A DNA stretch of 64,000 bases from contig JAFRAU010000036.1 in the NCBI GenBank assembly GCA_017405245.1, forward strand, positions 5,722 through 69,721. Direction: 5' to 3'. Each line of letters starts with the position of its first letter. Position 1 is the first letter of the stretch. This DNA is from Candidatus Saccharimonadota bacterium. Its GTDB lineage: Bacteria > Patescibacteriota > Saccharimonadia > Saccharimonadales > Saccharimonadaceae. The notes beneath the pieces are model-generated. The model did no database searches, was not told where the DNA came from, and was given only the letters and a program-made list of their open reading frames with translations. Below are positions 62,434-64,000 of this stretch, in pieces. The translations under genes were made by a program, and so were the position numbers.

Positions 62434-62791
62434 GGGGCTGACAAAGCTTAGACGGATTATTAACAGGTATCAGGCGCATCGATTTGTTCCGTAAGAACTG
62501 AAAAAGTGAAGAAAAATCTTCTAGCAAGCATGTAGCTTACATGCCTGCATTTGCCTAATTTATAGATAGGCTGACTTTACTTCTGAGGTTCCATAGGTGG
62601 TAAAGTTATCATATTGATGGGAATAGGACTCTCGTTTGACCCATGAGAGTTTGAATTTTAGGTCATGGTAGCTAGTAGCTTTTGTCTACCTGTACTACTA
62701 GTATTTGCCAAGATAAACAGATAGACTATATGCGTAGAATGGTACTTTTGAGATAGTTCGGACCCGGAGGCAGTATCCGGCAGCTCCACCA
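62434..62791 (+). ncRNA. ssrA: tmRNA
   Basis: 5' GGGGCTG pairs with 3' CAGCTCC-A-CCA, including the G3-U wobble. TAGACGGATT box. Tag frame ends ...HVAYMPAFA-TAA (stop at 62556-62558), with a possible resume codon GAA at 62508. Confidence 0.85.
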
Positions 62792-62796
62792 ACAAT

Positions 62797-62823
62797 AAAA
62801 ATCGCCGTTTAAGGCGTTTTTTT
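62797..62823 (+). terminator. Weak terminator after ssrA
   Basis: CGCC-gtttaa-GGCG followed by a T-run, flanked by an A-run. Confidence 0.45.
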
Positions 62824-62841
62824 GATGTATTTCATGGAGCT

Positions 62842-62955
62842 TTTCTCATAGAAAAAGTCCGGTTACTGCGAGGACACCGGACTTTCCGTAGAGTGTGGAG
62901 TTTTTTGGCTATGATTTTTGTTTTTGGCTTTGAATAATTATTTTATTCAAAAGCT
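62842..62955 (-). ncRNA. Candidate roughly 114-nt small RNA
   Basis: Minus strand: TTGACA (62990-62985), 17-nt spacer, TATTAT (62967-62962). 5' hairpin GCTTTTGAATAA/TTATTCAAAGC, an A-rich linker containing CUCC, and terminator AAAGTCCGG-14 nt-CCGGACTTTTT. No start codon. Confidence 0.35.
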
Positions 62956-63384
62956 ATCTCTATAATAACGCGTTAAAACGCTAATGTCAATAACTTTTTG
63001 CATAAATTTTTTAATAAAATTTTAGAGTTTTCCACAAGTAGAAAGAGCGTCTATATTGTTACAACTGAGCGAATAGATGATGATAGTACTAAACTCAGAC
63101 TTGCAGAACGATGAGTGGGGGACTAATGATGATAGTGATAAGAAACTAGTGGGGAGTGAAGGGAGATGATGGAACGTAAATGCATTGGCAAAAAAGTAAA
63201 ATAATAAAATTTTTGTTCAGTTAAATGTGTGAAAATTGGTAAAACGTTGTAAAAAACACAACACCACAGCACAATGCTATGTTCAGGGGTAGAATCGAAT
63301 AAAAAAGTGGTTTGTTGTAAAAAATACAACAGATTTTTGGCAAAAAGTCTTGAAAAAATAAGACGGTTATGCTAGACTAAAAAT

Positions 63385-63835
63385 AAGTCGAAAGACAAAA
63401 CAAAAATCGCAAATTAAAAAGGAAACAGTATGACCTATAAATAGCTTTTTCTGTGAGGCTCCTCACAGAAAGACGCTTCTTATCTGATCCGATCTGGGAC
63501 GGAGTATGGAGATGATAAGATGTGCGTCCGACTATGCTTTGGCGGGCCAATAGGTAATTTCTAGCCATAAATTACACCTGATTTAATTTGTCTAGGTAAA
63601 ATCTCGAAAATTAAATCAAATAGGAATTACCTATAGCTCCGCTAAACAACGCGTTGAGCGCGCTGAACCTCTGACCATTAGTACCTTAGAATAAATAGAA
63701 TGATCAAAGGGAACAGTAAGGACTATGTCTCGCGTAAGCGAGGCGGTCAAAAGGCTAAGAGTGGGTAAAAGTTGCGGCTTAAAGTAATTTTATATATGTG
63801 CCGGATAACTTCCACTCTTGCCCCTTATTTCTTGT
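63385..63835 (+). ncRNA. Candidate roughly 450-nt structured non-coding RNA
   Basis: TTGAAA (63350-55), 17-nt spacer, TGcTAGACT (63370-78). It has nested helices, including a 10+10-bp extended hairpin (63550-63634), a GTAA-tetraloop hairpin (63727-63744) and a closing helix AAGAGTGG/CCACTCTT (63758-63819) followed by a T-rich tract. Only junk ORFs are present. Confidence 0.3.
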
Positions 63836-63933
63836 CTTTGGGAGAATAATAATTGAACCCCCGACCTTTTCGCAGTTTGGTTGGGTATTCTTTAATATAG
63901 CTTGAACCCATAAAATCGTGATATAATATTCTT

Positions 63934-64000
63934 ATGTTTAATCGTCTGATGTTACTGTTTAGTCTGATTGCCATCATTGTTATTCTCGCGATGATAAACC
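63934..64000 (+). CDS. 5' end of a membrane protein gene (continues beyond the window)
   Basis: MFNRLMLLFSLIAIIVILAMIN... is hydrophobic. ATG lies 7 nt after TGaTATAAT (63919-63927). Confidence 0.4.
   Translation, partial: MFNRLMLLFSLIAIIVILAMIN

Noticed and set aside
63123-63568. 68-aa and 63-aa minus-strand ORFs downstream of ssrA
   Set aside because: Neither has a ribosome-binding site, and both have low-complexity or hydrophobic junk composition. They overlap strong RNA-type secondary structure, so the region is treated as non-coding.
63855-63868. 14-nt identity (GAACCCCCGACCTT) to the T-arm/variable region of tRNA-Val
   Set aside because: No tRNA cloverleaf can be folded around it, and the flanks diverge quickly. 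By my rough estimate, a 14-mer match to one of three tRNAs in 64 kb has a chance expectation near 0.1. It is noted only as a possible tRNA-derived relic.
1-64000. Search for CRISPR arrays, IS elements, integrases, prophage genes and rRNA
   Set aside because: I found no regularly spaced direct repeats, no transposase, integrase or recombinase motifs in any tracked ORF, and no rRNA-like sequence.

Overview
64-kb chromosomal segment with high coding density and no rRNA, CRISPR array, transposase or integrase. It looks like a small-genome, monoderm-type bacterium. The gene content (secretin-less type IV pilus operon, LCP/Wzx-Wzy/BY-kinase envelope genes, trimmed housekeeping proteins, many leaderless genes) fits a Saccharibacteria/TM7-like CPR organism, but that is inference only. 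I call about 60 protein genes, 3 tRNAs (Asp-GTC, Thr-CGT, Val-TAC), RNase P RNA and tmRNA.

Layout:
- 0-10 kb: DNA repair and housekeeping (polA 3' end, RhuM-Doc fusion, AlkD-like, mutM, holA-like, rpsT, truB, murE, VanY-type peptidase).
- 10-15 kb: groES-groEL with a CIRCE operator, then rpsF-ssb-rpsR, efp, tlyA-like.
- 15-23.5 kb: type IV pilus operon pilM/N-like/O-like/small/pilB/pilT/pilC.
- 23.7-26 kb: peroxide-stress operon gpx-trxB-trxA-ohrR-like with a perfect 24-bp palindromic operator.
- 26-29 kb: P-type cation ATPase with a long structured leader.
- 29.7-53.3 kb: tRNA-bounded cell-surface polysaccharide region. It holds LCP, a priming sugar transferase, GT2/GT4/GT11 genes, Wzy, Wzx, an acetyltransferase, ugd, an embedded vapBC pair, pta, a CotH kinase, wzz/BY-kinase/PHP phosphatase, a processive GT2 and a PBP5-type carboxypeptidase. 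Its core (about 35.4-42.1 kb) is clearly more AT-rich.
- 53.3-62.8 kb: thrS, miaA, M50 protease, a Nudix-RNase H fusion behind a long structured leader, rnpB, infC-rpmI-rplT-rpmB, comM, ssrA.
- 62.8-63.9 kb: ORF-poor region downstream of ssrA.

Most worth a second look:
- The roughly 1.1-kb non-coding block after tmRNA, with a promoter-plus-terminator-defined sRNA candidate and a roughly 450-nt nested-helix RNA candidate.
- The roughly 130-nt riboswitch-like leader of the Nudix-RNase H gene.
- A G9 homopolymer inside the polysaccharide O-acetyltransferase gene.
- An 18-bp duplication of the tRNA-Val 3' end.
- An in-frame stop separating a 732-aa protein from a transmembrane tail.
- Repeated TATAAT-N6-start-codon (leaderless) architecture.
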